Shown here piece after piece: positions 26,238 through 40,619 of a stretch of DNA of 41,423 nucleotides (its first letter is position 1; each line of letters starts with the position of its first letter). The DNA is from Paraspadella gotoi (taxonomy: Eukaryota > Animalia > Chaetognatha). The translations under genes were made by a program, and so were the position numbers. The stretch covers positions 5,902,408-5,943,830 of the forward strand of contig CM119269.1 of the NCBI GenBank assembly GCA_051294375.1. The letters are read 5' to 3'. The notes under the pieces are model-generated. The model did no database searches. It worked only from the letters and a program-made list of their open reading frames with translations, and was not told where the DNA came from.

Positions 26238-26370
26238 AGAATAATGGATTTCGAGTTAGGAAAAAAATTTTGCAATTCTAAAAAATCAGCCTCTAGCCTT
26301 TCGATTTTTCTAGAGGCTGATTTTTTTTTTTTTTTGATATTTTGATTTTCTATGCAAAACCATTATTCTC
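26238..26370. repeat. Nested inverted repeat within an AT-rich, possibly DNA-transposon-derived intronic segment
   Basis: AAAAATCAGCCTCTAG/CTAGAGGCTGATTTTT forms a 16-bp stem, with an outer pair GAGAATAATGG/CCATTATTCTC. Confidence 0.7.
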
Positions 26371-27482
26371 AATGAGCATAGGTCGGAGGAAATTTTTTTT
26401 CAACAATTTTAAAAAATTTCAACTTTTTTAATTAGGCTTTTTTGGGGAAATAAATAAATAAATTATTATACGATGGGTACATCTGAAAGTGATATGTCTC
26501 AAAATGACAAAAAATTTTCTTCAAGTTTTATTTTAAAATTTAAGTATTGTATCAATTGAAATAAGTGAGATACCCTGCTTTGTCGAAATTTTTATTTAAC
26601 AAAGATTTGTACTGCGTAGTTTGAAAAAAGTTATTTTTTATAAATAACTTTTGAAAGAAATGAGCTAGCAAGATGGGTGTGGTATCAAATTAAAGAAATC
26701 ATGGACACCTTTCTAAAAAGTTTCATTAAATTAAATCCATAAATCTTTACACAGCTTTTGTTTAAATCAGAGTTAAAAGTATAACAGTTTTTTGCTTTAA
26801 AAATTTTAATGAAGGCATATGAAATTTTTTATTTTTCTTTTGTAATTTGAAAAAGGAAAGACTGAATTACATTTTGATTATTATAAATTTTCTTTATTCC
26901 ATAAAACTGCTTATATTTTTAAGTTAAAGTAAAAAACAAGCAAAAAATTTATATTGTAGCTTGATAAAATGTTTTTTAAAATATCAAAAATGATAAATAC
27001 AAAAATGTTTTCAGCTTGATATAAACAGTCTGGACATCTACCTTCTTGTCTGTGAAAAAAATCATCATTTTTTATTATCTTTAACTGCAAACTAAAAGCT
27101 TGACACACTGCTTGTTTTATCATAATAAAGTTTTAAAAAATTATATAGCTGGCAATATATTTGACAAAGCAAGACATCATTGTGTTAAATTGTATTGATA
27201 AATTTTCTTTTTAAATATAGCAAGGAATTTAATTCTATTATTTATCATCCATTTTAATTAAGAAAAAATATTTCTCGTAATAGCCCATTAGAAAGGGTTC
27301 ATTGACTGACTTAATGATCAAATTTTTTAAGATATCTTTACTGCCCCCATTTCACAGATAAAATAAAGGTCATGGTTTTCATGTCAGTAAGTCCAGATTA
27401 TCTGTACCCTTTATACAACCTGAATTCTCTGATTTTTTTTCTTTTTCCTTTCAAATGTATTAAATAAAAAAAATTATTTGAG

Positions 27483-27510
27483 AGAACAATCGGCGTGGAG
27501 GATGCCATTG
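27483..27510 (+). CDS. Candidate 28-nt micro-exon of the ACSS1-like gene
   Basis: Phase-0 RTIGVEDAI(G) resembles the expected K..VDEA(V/L) segment; good GTAAGC donor, weak GAG acceptor. Confidence 0.3.
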
Positions 27511-27887
27511 GTAAGCCTTAGTTACCCCACTTCCGGATTAAATTTTTAAATGAGGTTTTTTTTCCATCTATTTGAGACATAATACCAACTATTGGTACTA
27601 TTATTTTTTTTTATTTTTTTCTATTACAATTCTAGGAATAAATATGAATATGTAACTTTTTTAAAAAATTTATCATCTTTCACCCTATATTCGGTCATAT
27701 CTAAAAAATAAAAAAAAATTTTGCATTGATATTTTGGATATCGACATATGAAACTATAACGTTTCAAAAAATAAAAAGAAATATAATAATATTGAACAGT
27801 GAATTTTTTTTATACACGGAACAGTAACGTTACGCCATTTTTCATTGTGTCATATGAATATGAAAAGAAAATCATATGCATAATAGG

Positions 27888-27927
<40 letters not shown>

Positions 27928-27934
27928 AGAGATA

Positions 27935-30900
27935 AATTTCGGCTACTGATTTTCTGCGAACGTTTCGACGGATCTCTCCAACGCAGGGCACGCCTACTTC
28001 ATCAAACTCATGTTCATGATCCCAGTCAATCATTCCGACAATTTTAAATCTCGAAAAGAAAGGAGGAAAAAAAGTTTAAAAAGATTTATTTAAATATCAT
28101 ATTATTCTAATGCAGAAGCGAGATCCTTATCATCGATCTTATAAAACCTCTATATATATTTAACTTTTAATCTTTTTAGCAATCCAATCTATTATCCATC
28201 TTGTTCTCAATGCGCAATAAAGAAAAAGCCAGAATAAAAAAGAATCTTTTCACAATTGATTGTTTCATTTATTACTGAATAATTCACGATCGTTTTTTAA
28301 AAATATTGTCAATGAAGATCAGAGAAGTATCTTTAAAAATTTGGTTGCCTCTAAAGAATCGAGACAGAGTATAACGAATCCGAACCTGGCTTAGTTTTCC
28401 TTTCGAAAAGCCAAAACATTTGATCAAATTGAAGGTTGGGGTTTGGCTCTTCTCTCTCTTCTCTCTCTCTCTCTCTCTCAGACACTGCATACAGCGTGTG
28501 TCTCTCCCACCTTCGATCTCAGATGAAACATGAGGATGTCGGTCTGCACACAGTCCCTCTCGGTCTCCGTCTTCTCTCTCTCTTTCAGATTTCTCTCCCA
28601 TCTCTCTCACAATTCTTTCTCTCTATCTTCCCTCTATCTAATAATTCAAAAGTACAATGATACAGATAATAAGAACTTTTAAACGGTCCTTACATCTAAA
28701 CACGAGAGAACGAAAAGGAAATAACGATGTCTAATTAAGAAAAATAATCAGGTTAGTGGGAAAACTTAATCATTAAAGTAAACATTCATCTCAATACCCC
28801 AATCAAAAGACTGTTTTGAACATTTTTTCGCGATAGAGAGAACCCTTTACACACGAGACTTTACTCTTCGAAAGATATAAATAACCTTAAAAATGAAATA
28901 GACATCGAGAACTGAAATCGAGAGAGAGTGAGACGGGCTCTCGTCGTCGAAACGGCACAGCGATGCTCCCACAGTTTGACGCGGTCATGCGATCGTAGCG
29001 ACGGACCCAAATCGGCCCGCAGACTTTTGACCTAATAACGGAGAGTCCTGTCATCGAAAGCTCCCCTTCTAGGCTTTTCAACCATCGAGCCTTTCGCCGC
29101 CAGTGGCTGGGGCATAGCGGCGCTTGGGGGCTGCGGCGGCGGCGGCTGCGGAGACGGGATTCGTGGTAAGTTCAGAGAGAAGGAAAGTTTTTCGTGCGAT
29201 GAAATGAAAGAAAAAAAAGGCTTACTACGGGAATGAGAGAGAAAAACGAATACGAACAAGACGACCAGACTGAAACGAACGAAAAGCCAGATTTTTTCTG
29301 AGGTGAGATCTAAATTCTCTAATTTACGCGCTGTCGAACGAGACGACGACGACGATGAGGAACGACAAGCGACGAACGACTGACACGACGACCATCGTTT
29401 GAAAGATCCTCCGACCTACAGTGTGCTTTTGCTTTCGAAGCCACGACTGAACTCATAACCGAATTTTTTATTAATTATTTTTTACAAAATAATCCAACTT
29501 TATTTCTTAGTAAAACTAAACTTAACTCGCGCAAAACTCTATTTTAAGTTTTTACAGAAGAAAATTTTAGTAGCACGAAGCGCTCACTACCGGCTATACA
29601 CATGTTCCAACGAAATGTTTGAACCGCGGCTGTTGGCGCGATTGGGAAGCCACGTCAGAAAACGACTGGTGGCGAACGGTCGACGGTCTCGAGGCAGATT
29701 AAGAGGTTAGAATTTGGCAGCCTTGAGCAATATAAGGTCTTGAGAGTAAGTGGAAATGTTAAAAATGGATGGAAAAGATTAATATAAGTTGACATCTGCA
29801 TTACTGATTTTAATTTAAACATATTGTAAATTAAAATGAAATGCGAAATTAAAAATACCTTCGACACTCTCTTGTAAGAGTTTGGATACCATAAAGAACG
29901 TATGCTGCAACTGTTATATTAATCAGTAGAGTTTGGTGCTAGTGCGGAGTGCAAAATAGTATTTCCCGTTAATACTTAGTGTTGAGACATTCTATGGAAT
30001 ATTATACACCACTATTCATTGATAAGGAGCCAGGTACTAACTTACGGAATGAATCAACTAGACAGTGAGAAAAGTCTGGATTGGAAGCTTTCAGGGTCCT
30101 GCTATCTTGTAAGAGTGAATGGAGACCTTAAACAGAACCCAATTGCCTGTCTAAAGTCAGTGCAAAATAAATGAATGCGTAAGTCTTTTATATTGGTTGT
30201 ACGTTTATAAATTAATCACTGTAAAAAGGTTGTCACAATTATAACAGTAAAACTAAAATGGTCTTTCACTCACAGAAATACCCGGTCGAAATTTCCGTGG
30301 GTCGGCGTCGGCTTCGAGAGAGTTCGGACCAGGCCATCTCTCTCAGAAAGATCACAGAGCGCAGACGTGACACTATCAAGTGTGGAGAATTTGACGATAC
30401 ACTAGAACGAAAATCTTATTTTAATTCAAGAAAAATTCTTATTCAGTTGGTGTGCATGTATGTCATGAGACGGGGCTTCGAAAGACGAGTTTTATTGCCC
30501 TTGATGGCTTTCAGTATTTACAGACTTTAGATTACTTGTTGCATAATGCGATATCAATGTTCGTGTCATATGAAAACATGTCGAGGCTAGGTCTGTCGAG
30601 ACACGTAGATTTTGATAGCAATGAATTAATTTCCCATTTCCCTTTGAATTAATTAGAATTTCTTCTTCTAGAGATAATGAATATTCGCAAGTTTTCATCT
30701 TTATATTATCATCCTTTTCCTCAGGGTCTCTAAGAAATTAATAAGGGGGAAGAGCATTCGGCTGTTCATTGTTATCATTGTATTTCTCAGAAGAATTTAA
30801 TGGATTATGTTTTGTGTTGTTCATGTTTTCCCTTCTAACGGAGAGTGACCTGAGAAAGCAGAACTTAAGTTCTCCCGCCACCATCTTGGGAAATCACGGA

Positions 30901-32110
30901 AGATTTTCGCCGGTTTTAAGTCAACAGAACCACATGACCACATGAGCCGTCATTAAAGTTATCGTGGCAACCGTGAAATGTGGAGAAAAGAATTAAGGGA
31001 ATGGACCGTCATTGAAAGCGATGCATTTATCCGTTTTTTTCGTGACATTCATTTCCGTTTTTATTAAACAGTTTTCCCCAAGAGTTGCGCATCTCGGGGT
31101 GGAAGTCTTCGAAGCCGCGCTGAAGATGGCTCTCGAAGATACGGACAAGTTTTGGAAAACGGTGGCCGAGGCGCGGATTAAATGGCAGAAGCTTTCACGC
31201 AAGTGAGTTCCGCTGATGTGTCGGTGAGAGTACGTTGAATCGGCTTAAATAAATTATGCAGCAGTGAAAGAAAGGAAGAATTAAGTACAATTTTTTGGTT
31301 TTTGTCTTGTATTAATATAACAAGTTATATTATCTTCTGTCGGATTTCTTTTTTTTTTTTAACTATATGTTTCTTTGTGATTTAATTACGTCAAGACGTG
31401 ATAGCGACAAATGTTGGCAACGATGACGTCATACCGTTTTTTTCTCGAGATATTGGATAAAAGCTAATTTAAATAAATTAAAAAGGTAAATGAAATTAGA
31501 AATGAACGTCTTATTTCGCTCGCAGACCCCTTCCTTCGGTGCTCACCTTCTTACCAAGCAACCGGTGGTCCGGAGATATGGCTTGTAAATTCCTTTCCTT
31601 CAATTAGAAAAGTCTAACATTCTCTTGTTTTTTTTTTAAATGAAAATTTAATTCAACAGTCTTGCGTTACACTCTGGCCTCAACACAATAACACCCTTGC
31701 CCCATTTCACTCACGCGCAGTGAGCGACTGCGACATGTTTGAGGGGCGTTTCTCATTGGTACAAAGACGGGTGGGTCCTCAACGTCACGGAGACATGCGT
31801 GGACAAGCATCTGGGGAAGACAAGGTGTCGCTCATCTGGGAGAGGGACGAAACCGGGGCAGGAAAGTCCGGATCAACTTAATGAGGTGGGTTATTGCGGG
31901 GGTTGGAGTGGATAGGCGTGGTGGTCGTGGCGGTAAATTTGGGAACTTGGTGGCGCTTTGATTGGTTGGAATTAATTTCCTCTGCAATCCCCTTAAACGT
32001 GGTGTTCAATAATATCAACAGGCGTGTATTGAGAAACTGTCAGGATGAAATTGGCGTCTGGACGCAATTATGTAAACTTTTTTATTCATTTAAGATAATA
32101 ATTATTATTG

Positions 32111-32151
<41 letters not shown>

Positions 32152-35100
32152 GTTATTATTAATAAATATTAATCATATATTATTTTATTTTTGTCCTTCC
32201 CAAAAGGAGCTTACACGAGCGGATGTGTCGCTTGCCAATGTCCTCGTCCAACCTCAGGATCCAAAGGGCGATCGCGTGACAATCTACATTGCCATGCTGT
32301 CCGACGCGTCGCGCCATGCCTCCGCTGCAGCGCCAGGATCGCGGCCATCCACTCTGTCGTCTTCGCGGGTCTGGAATTGAATGATTGATCGATTGATTTC
32401 TACTGAATGGGATTATTGAGTGTTGAGCGGATGTCTGACAGATTTATTAGTGATGATAATTGTTTAATGGTTTTGATATGATTGATGATTAATTGACTCG
32501 GCAGGCTTTAGCGTGAACCTCTCGTGTCCCGGCGAATAACACCGCGGAGGGAGGGTCGTCATCACCGAGTCGACCAAATCGTGTCGGGGAGGGAAATGCA
32601 TGAATTGAAAGTAAAGTTCGGAGTTTTGGAACTTTTTAGATTTTAAGATTTAGAACTTTGAGAAATTTAGAGATTTAGAGATTTTAAGATTTATAAACTT
32701 TGAACGATTTTGAGTTTAGAGATTTTTGAAATTTAGGATTTAAAGATTTTTTAACAATTTAGAAACTTGGAGAATTTTTTAATTTTAGAGAATTTAGAGA
32801 TTTTGATTTTTATATTTTTCAAAATCTCAATTTGAGATTTTAATCTTTAACAATTTTGAAAATAACATTTAAATATTCATAAAATTTAGAATTTAAATTT
32901 TGATGGATGTACAGAATTAAAACCTTCAACGTATCTTTAGAATTTGATATGTTGATTTAGCTTTACACTAAAGTGATACGAATTTAAAGTTTAGATTTAA
33001 AATATAAAGGATAAATGTCTCCAAACGCAAAAGGGCATTTGGCTAAAACTTGGAGAGCTGTTTTGAACTTCTGTCAATCGACACGCGAACATTCAATTTC
33101 TGTCGTCGGCGAGAGGGAAGTTGATGGGTCGTTTTTGAGTCGAGAGTTGAGTTTGCGTGATTTTATGTCCTTTAACAAGTCCGGTGAAAGAGAAAAAAAG
33201 CGACGTGTTCGAGAATATGACACAAATGAAAAATAACGTGGCGTTACTGTCTCGTGCTTTGATTTTGTCCCCTTTTAATAATTGTTTCTGAGCCAAATTA
33301 ATTGATATTACTTTTTGGTAATATGTGCGCATATACACTACTGGACATTACTTGTGTCTTGACCATAAACCCTTGGACCATCAACACAAAAAAGCTAACT
33401 AGATCAAAATAAGTAAAAAAGATGAAGCAATATAGCTCGAAACGCTTAACAAAATTTTAGACCATTGTTTTATATAATGCAACAAAAAAATTAATAATAT
33501 TAAAACAAAACTTTAACGATAAACTTAATAGTTTAACCGAGACCAAGATGGAATAATTTTTTACCCATATTTCTCTAATTATATTGGAATATAGTTTTGT
33601 AATTAGTCATAATCTAAATAACAATATGACAAAATTCATTTTTCAATTTTTTTTATGAATGGGGAAGTTTTCTCTGCTTTTCCCTTGGTGTCTAATTATC
33701 TATATTTTAGAGGTATATTTCCAAAAACCTTATATAATTACTATATTTTTTCATTTTTTTCAATTCTTTCAAACATAAAACAACTCATAAAAACATTTTA
33801 AATTAATAAAAAAAAAATTGATTAATGATTTTTGAAAAAAATATTTGAAACTTAGAATAATGGATTTCGAGTTAGGGAAAAAAAATTTGCAATTCTAAAA
33901 AATGCAGCCTCTAGCCTTTTCGATTTTTCTAGAGGCTGATTTTTTTTTTTTTGATATTTTGATTTTCTATGCAAAAACCATTATTCTCATGAGCATAGGT
34001 CAGGACGGAAATTTTTTTTCAAACAATTTGAAAAATATTTCAACTTTTTAATTAGGCTTTTTTGGGGATATTAAATAATAGAATTATTATACGATGGGTA
34101 CATAGGTCTGAAAGTGATTATGTCTCTAAATTGACACAAAAAATTTTCTTCAAGTTTTATTTTAAAATTTAAAGATTGTCATCAATATGAAATAAAGTGA
34201 GATCCTTTCGCTGCTTTGCCAAAATTATTTATTTAACAAAGATTTGTACTGCGTAGTTTGAAAAAAGTTTATTTTTTAAAATAACTTTTGAAAAGAAAGA
34301 GGTAGCAAGGATGGGTGTGGTATCAAATTAAAGCGAAATCATGGGAACACCTTTCTTAAAAAGTTTTCATTAAATTAAATCATAAATCTTTACCACAGCT
34401 TTTTGGTTTAAATCAGATGTAAAAGTATAACAGTTTTTTGCTTTAAAATTTCAGATGAAGGGCAATATGAAATTTTTTATTTTTTTCGTTTTGTAATTTG
34501 AAAAAGGAAAGACTGAATTAATTTTTGATTAATATTCAAATTTTCTTTATTCATAAACTGCTTATAAATTTTTAAGTTAAAGTAAAAAACAAAGCACAAA
34601 TAATTTATATTGTAGCTTGATAAAATTGTTTTTTAAAAAATATCAAAAATGAATAAAATACAAAAATGTTTTCAGCTTTGATAATAAACAGTCTGGACAT
34701 CTACCTTCTTGTCTGTAAAAAAAAATCGCATTTTTTATTATCTTTAACTGCCAAACTAAAAGACTTGACACACTGCTTGTTTATCATAATAAAGCTTTTA
34801 AAAAAATTATATAAGCTGGCAATATATTTGACAAAGCCAAGACATCATTGTTGTTAAATTGTATTGCATAATTTTCTTTTAAAATATAGCAAGGAAATTT
34901 AAATTCTAGTTATATTTCATCCATTTTAATTAAGGAGAAAAAATATTTCTCGTAATAGCCCATTAGAAAGGGTTATTGCTGACTTAATGATCAAATTTTT
35001 TAGATATCTTAGTCTCCCCATTTCACAGATATAAATAAAGGTCATGGGTTTCATGTCAGTAAGTCCAGAATACTTACCCTTTAATACAACGCCTCGAAAA

Positions 35101-35622
35101 TTCCCTCCTGAAAAATTTTCTTTTCTTACTTCCTTTTCAAAGTTGTAATTAAAAAAAAAATTATTTGAGAGAACAATCGGCGTGGTAGGGATGCCATTGG
35201 GTAAGCCTTAGGTTACCCATTTCCCGATCAAATTTTTAAATTGAGTTTTTTTTTCCATCTTTTGAACATAACATAACCACTATTTGGTTCTACTATTATT
35301 TTTTGTTTATTCTCTTATTAAACAATTCTAGGAATAAATTGAGAAATGTAACTTTTTTTTAAAAAATTTATCATCTTCCACCCTATAAGTTCGCATATCT
35401 AAAAACATAAAAAAAAGATTTTGCATGATATTTTTGGATATCGACATAATGAAAACTATACGTTTCAAAAAATAAAAAAGAAATTATAATAATATTGACA
35501 GTGAATTTTTTTTATGACAACGGAACAGTAAACGTACGATACGCCATTTATTTCATTGTGTCATATGAAATATGAAGAACAATCATATGCATAATAGGGG
35601 AAGAGAGAGAGAGAGAGAGCAG

Positions 35623-35668
<46 letters not shown>

Positions 35669-35696
35669 AGAGAGAAAGAGGGAGAACAGAAAGCAT
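27935..35696 (+). repeat. Near-duplicate block B, indel-rich copy ending at the 25-N gap (35697-35721)
   Basis: Colinear with 20604-27930, with dense single-base insertions in exons and introns alike. Confidence 0.95.
29602..32610 (+). pseudogene. Frame-disrupted copy of ACSS1-like exons 1-5 (about 29602-29705, 31072-31202, 31721-31885, 32207-32368, 32505-32610); probably an uncorrected-read artefact
   Basis: Same exons and introns as 22120-25034, with many 1-nt indels and few substitutions. Confidence 0.85.
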
Positions 35697-36902
35697 NNNN
35701 NNNNNNNNNNNNNNNNNNNNNTAAGTCCGGCAAATAAGTTGGAATTGAAACTACATAATTGTCTAAAGACAAGCAAAAACACTCAAATCAAAACAATGGG
35801 ACTTGCCATAGCGCACGCCTTTAAGTTAACCACAATAAAACAATATAAAAGAATAAAAATAACGGAATTACACATTGCAAGTGAGTATCGAAAACAACCT
35901 CAACTGTAGTAACACAGTACTTAAGAAAGGCACTGCAGCGCAAACACACACAAGAATTTACCGTTACATATGTATATATATAAAAATTGCGGCAGTTAAA
36001 TAAATTAATATAATTCAAACATAAAAAAAAAATATAAAAAAATAATAAAAATAAAAATATATAAATAATTATAAAATAATATAAATAAATAAAAATAATA
36101 TGATAGAAATTTAAAAACAAACAAGCATATAAAAACCGATTTCAATTTAAGTTAATTACTTTAAAGAGAAAAAAAATTTGGTCATCTTAATCCTATTACA
36201 ATTAGAAAGCCAATTGTTGTGCAATGAAATATTACTTAAACTAATATTTAACTAAGTTCAATCAAATAGAAAAAACGGAATATGCAAACAAACACAAAAA
36301 AAAAAAAAATACAACTATGCAGAAACCTTCCAAAAAATTTTTTCCCTTCTCCATTTTTTTACCGATTCAGTTAATGTTTAAAAAAAAATAACGAAATAAA
36401 AAATAAATTTAAAAAAATTAATCTCGCTAATTCGTTTTAAAGGTTTTTTCTTTTTTATTTGTTAAAATTAAATATTTATAATAAAATACATTTCCAGAAA
36501 AATATCCAGAATTTATTGGTAATAATAAATTCAACTACAAAAATCTTACTATACTATAATTTTCGAAAATTTTAATTTTCCCATATTGTACTCATTATTG
36601 AGCTAAATAATCTTTATTCTTTTTTTCTTTTCTTTGTTCTCTTATTCATGTTTTGATAATTTAAAATTCATAAAATATCTTTAGCTATACAAAAATAATT
36701 TCTATAAAAAATTTACTATATTTTCTCAAGTTAATTTTCTCTTCTACTTATCATCAACTTTAATTTTTTTTCTAAACTCAGTCTTCCTTTCTGGCTTGGT
36801 TTACGCTTTCTCAATTAGACATCTCTCTCTATCTCTCGCTTCTCCGGTCTCCTCTCTCTGTTTCTCCTTTCTCTCTCTCTCTCTCTCTTCTCTCTCCTCT
36901 CT

Positions 36903-36933
<31 letters not shown>

Positions 36934-37050
36934 TCTTGTCTCTCTCTCTCTCTCTCTTCCTACCTCTCTTCCCTACTCTCTCTTCTCCCTCTCTCTTTCT
37001 TTCTTTTCTCCTCTTTTTCTCCTCTCTTTCTACAATCCCCTCCCTCTTCT

Positions 37051-37114
<64 letters not shown>

Positions 37115-38090
37115 TTCTATAGATTGTAATTTTTCTCTGTTATGTTTCTTCCATTTCCTATCTATGAGGTTTTTCTTCCTTGTTCTCTCGCGCGTCATCT
37201 GGCAAATGAAGGCCGGAAGTATGGAAATTCATTCCCACCGTAGAGAGAGAAAAAAAAAAAAAAAAAAAAAAGGAAAAAGAAAAAAAAAAAAAAAGAAAAA
37301 AAAAAAAGAAAGAAGAGAGAGAAAAAAGAAGACACGAGAAGAGAGAAGAGGGAAAAAGAGACCCGAGAGAGCGAGGAGAGAGAGCAGAGCGACGAGAGAA
37401 GAGGGAGAGATGAGAGAGAGGAAAAGAAAGGAAAGAAAGTAAGAAGAAAGGAAAGGAAAGGGAAAGAAAGAAGAAAGGGAAAGAAAGAAAAGAAAAAAAT
37501 AGAGGAAAGAGAGAGATCAGAAGACAGGAGAAAGAGGCGGGAGGGAAAGAGGGAAAAAGAAAGCACAGAAAGGAAAAAAAAAAAAAAAGAGAGAGATAGG
37601 GAGGTCATTTGGGGTCATCACACAAAATTGACCTTAGTGGGGAGCAAAAAACGCTTCGCGAAATTAAGAACAAATTATTTCTTATCTCGCTAACACGACA
37701 ACAACAAAAAACAACGACGAAAAACAACGACCAACAATGACGATAACAACGACGACGATTACGACGACGACCGACGATGACGGACAACGCAAAAAGATAG
37801 GGAACGAAACGAGAAATAAAAAAAAAAAAAAATAAAAAAAAAAAAAAAAAAAAATAAAAGAGGAAAAAAAAAAAAAAAAAAAAAAAAAGTACTACGAACT
37901 TAAAAAAGACATCTTGAAGCCGAAAATTTAAAAGTACGTCAATGAACCATAATGACGAGAATGTTTGATGATGATGATTGATTTGTGTTAAAAATACTTT
38001 TACAATAATGACGATGATTGATAATAATGATTGAAAGATGATAGCGATAAAATTACGTATGGATTCTAGTCACGTAATCAAAAAATATGG

Positions 38091-38092
<2 letters not shown>

Positions 38093-38134
<42 letters not shown>

Positions 38135-38190
38135 ATGGATGATGATGATGATTTTGATGATGATGATGATTTGAAGAAGATGATGATTGA
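38093..38190 (+). repeat. (GAT)n microsatellite
   Basis: Trinucleotide run read directly. Confidence 0.9.
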
Positions 38191-39337
38191 TGAAAGATAA
38201 ATCAGAAATGAAATGAAAATAAAAGATAAGCATGAATGATAGAAATGAATGATGAAGATGACGACGACCAAAAGAAAAATTCCAAAAAGACAAAAAAGCC
38301 AAGATTCTTCGACGTTCGCTCTAATTAAACTCAACAGTTTTTTTTTTAGCTCAACCTTTTCATTTTTAGCCTTTCTCTCTCTCTCTTCTCTCTCTGCTCT
38401 CTCTTCTCTCTCTCCTCGTCCTCATCTCTCTCTCATCTCTCTCTCTCTCTCTTTCTCTCTCTCCAGAACGCACTGAGCGAGTCACAGCAAACGCCCAACG
38501 ACCGCACAACATGTATCTATTTCTTCAATTATTTTTAACTTATATTACAAGTTTAAAAGAAAAAGAAAAAAAAAAAAAAGAAAAAAGAAGAAACTATAAG
38601 AGGACAAGCCAACATTCGTGAGTAGACAATATGAACGAAAAAGGAACACCAGGTTATTGAGAATATGGCCCGAACGCAGTCACATTTTTTGCGTGACAAA
38701 TTTAAGGAAGACAAAATCCAAAAAGAAAAAAAAAAAAGAACATATATGAAAGAAATATCGCACTTAATGTAAAAGGAATCTATAACAAAGGTACTGCTCT
38801 CTTTATGGTCAAATTTGAACTAATAGTTATTAGAGTTTTTTATCCCCCCCTACGGTGGAGAAAACTATTGAACAGAAAGAAAGAAAGAAAGAAAGAAAGA
38901 AGGAAAAAAGGAAAGAAAGAAATTCTATTCGCCACCATAAATCGCTAGCAAAAAACGCTCCGGTGTTAAATGAAGTGTCAAAGAAGTCGAGGACGGCGAG
39001 AGGAGAAAAGCGGCTAGCAGAGGGGGGAGGAAACAAGCAGGGATCAATCTGCTTGGTTCTCAGCAGGGGGAGTAACCGACGTGCTACGGAGTTGAGTGGC
39101 GAGTAAGGCCAAGACTGGAGTGGGGGATCTAGCGTTTATAATGGGTGAGGTGAGATTAAAGGTAAAGAAAAAGAAAAGAAACCTGTTTTGGAAATAAGAA
39201 AGGAGGGAGAGGAAGAGGAGGAGGAGGAGGTGGCGGAAGAGGAGAAATTTGATTGGTCGGGAATCGAGGGAAGTTTAATAGGTCGTGAGAGGAGTTAAAC
39301 GAGTGACAAATCGACGTCGCAAAAGAATTTGCGGGGG

Positions 39338-39424
<87 letters not shown>

Positions 39425-39680
39425 TTCTTGCGTGAAGGGCGCTGGGGTGGAGGTGGGGTTCTCCCCTGACATTTCGGATTATTCCGATGGAGTTCGAGAC
39501 CTGACGGCGACAGAGAGTGAATGTGAGAGACTCCAGTGACATGAGCGACGTGAGCGACATCTGTGACAGGGTTAATGCCCTTTTGAGTCCGACGTTTGTG
39601 AAGGGAAGGAAAAGAGATGACGACGATGGCGAGAAAGAAGATTAACAAATAACGAGAACTTGTGGTGAATCCTAAAATTC

Positions 39681-39860
39681 GCCTCCCGTATAGCTTGGTG
39701 AAACTCAGCTCGTCCCATTGGCTTGGACTCGTTCACCAACTCGTTCATCAACCGTGAGTTCCGGGTTCAATCCCCTCACGGTCACGCTGGTTAAAGTGTG
39801 ATGGTGTCGGCATGCCTCACACCCCGGGCGTCACACATGTCTCCCCGTTGCCATAAACTC
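39681..39860 (+). mobile_element. Probable tRNA-derived SINE
   Basis: A-box-like TAGCTTGGTG at about 39691 and B-box/T-arm GGGTTCAATCCC at about 39763, inside CCGTGAG...CTCACGG. No full cloverleaf; boundaries approximate. Confidence 0.5.
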
Positions 39861-40584
39861 TGTTTTTCTCTTGTAACGTTGACTTTTATTTTGAACTTTG
39901 ATGAATTTACTTTCGTACGAACCTTTTTTTCAGTTTTTGTTGGTTTTTGTTTTTTTTAGTTGTTTTTTTTTTCAATAAATATTTTATTTTTTTTCCTAAC
40001 AATATTATGTTTTCAGCTGGTAAGCGCCTAACGGAGAAAAGTCGATTATCCCCCTTCCACCCGACTTCCCCNNNNNNNNNNNNNNNNNNNNNNNNNNNNN
40101 NNNNNNNNNNNNNNNNNNNNNNNNNNNNNNNNNNNNNNNNNNNNNNNNNNNNNNNNNNNNNNNNNNNNNNNNNNNNNNNNNNNNNNNNNNNNNNNNNNNN
40201 NNNNNNNNNNNNNNNNNNNNNNNNNNNNNNNNNNNNNNNNNNNNNNNNNNNNNNNNNNNNNNNNNNNNNNNNNNNNNNNNNNNNNNNNNNNNNNNNNNNN
40301 NNNNNNNNNNNNNNNNNNNNNNNNNNNNNNNNNNNNNNNNNNNNNNNNNNNNNNNNNNNNNNNNNNNNNNNNNNNNNNNNNNNNNNNNNNNNNNNNNNNN
40401 NNNNNNNNNNNNNNNNNNNNNNNNNNNNNNNNNNNNNNNNNNNNNNNNNNNNNNNNNNNNNNNNNNNNNNNNNNNNNNNNNNNNNNNNNNNNNNNNNNNN
40501 NNNNNNNNNNNNNNNNNNNNNNNNNNNNNNNNNNNNNNNNNNNNNNNNNNNNNNNNNNNNNNNNNNNNNNNNNNNNNNNNNNNN

Positions 40585-40619
<35 letters not shown>

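Larger units (their letters stand above)
20604..27930 (+). repeat. Near-duplicate block B, intact copy
   Basis: aatttcggctactgatt at 20604 recurs at 27935; atcatatgcataataggggaagagag at 27871 recurs at 35582. Confidence 0.95.

Noticed and set aside
28480-28575. Sequence unique to the third copy, replacing a (CT)n tract
   Set aside because: Most simply a low-quality stretch of a noisy read; no TSD or other structure.
39681-39790. tRNA gene
   Set aside because: A B-box/T-arm is present but there is no acceptor stem or cloverleaf; treated as a SINE.
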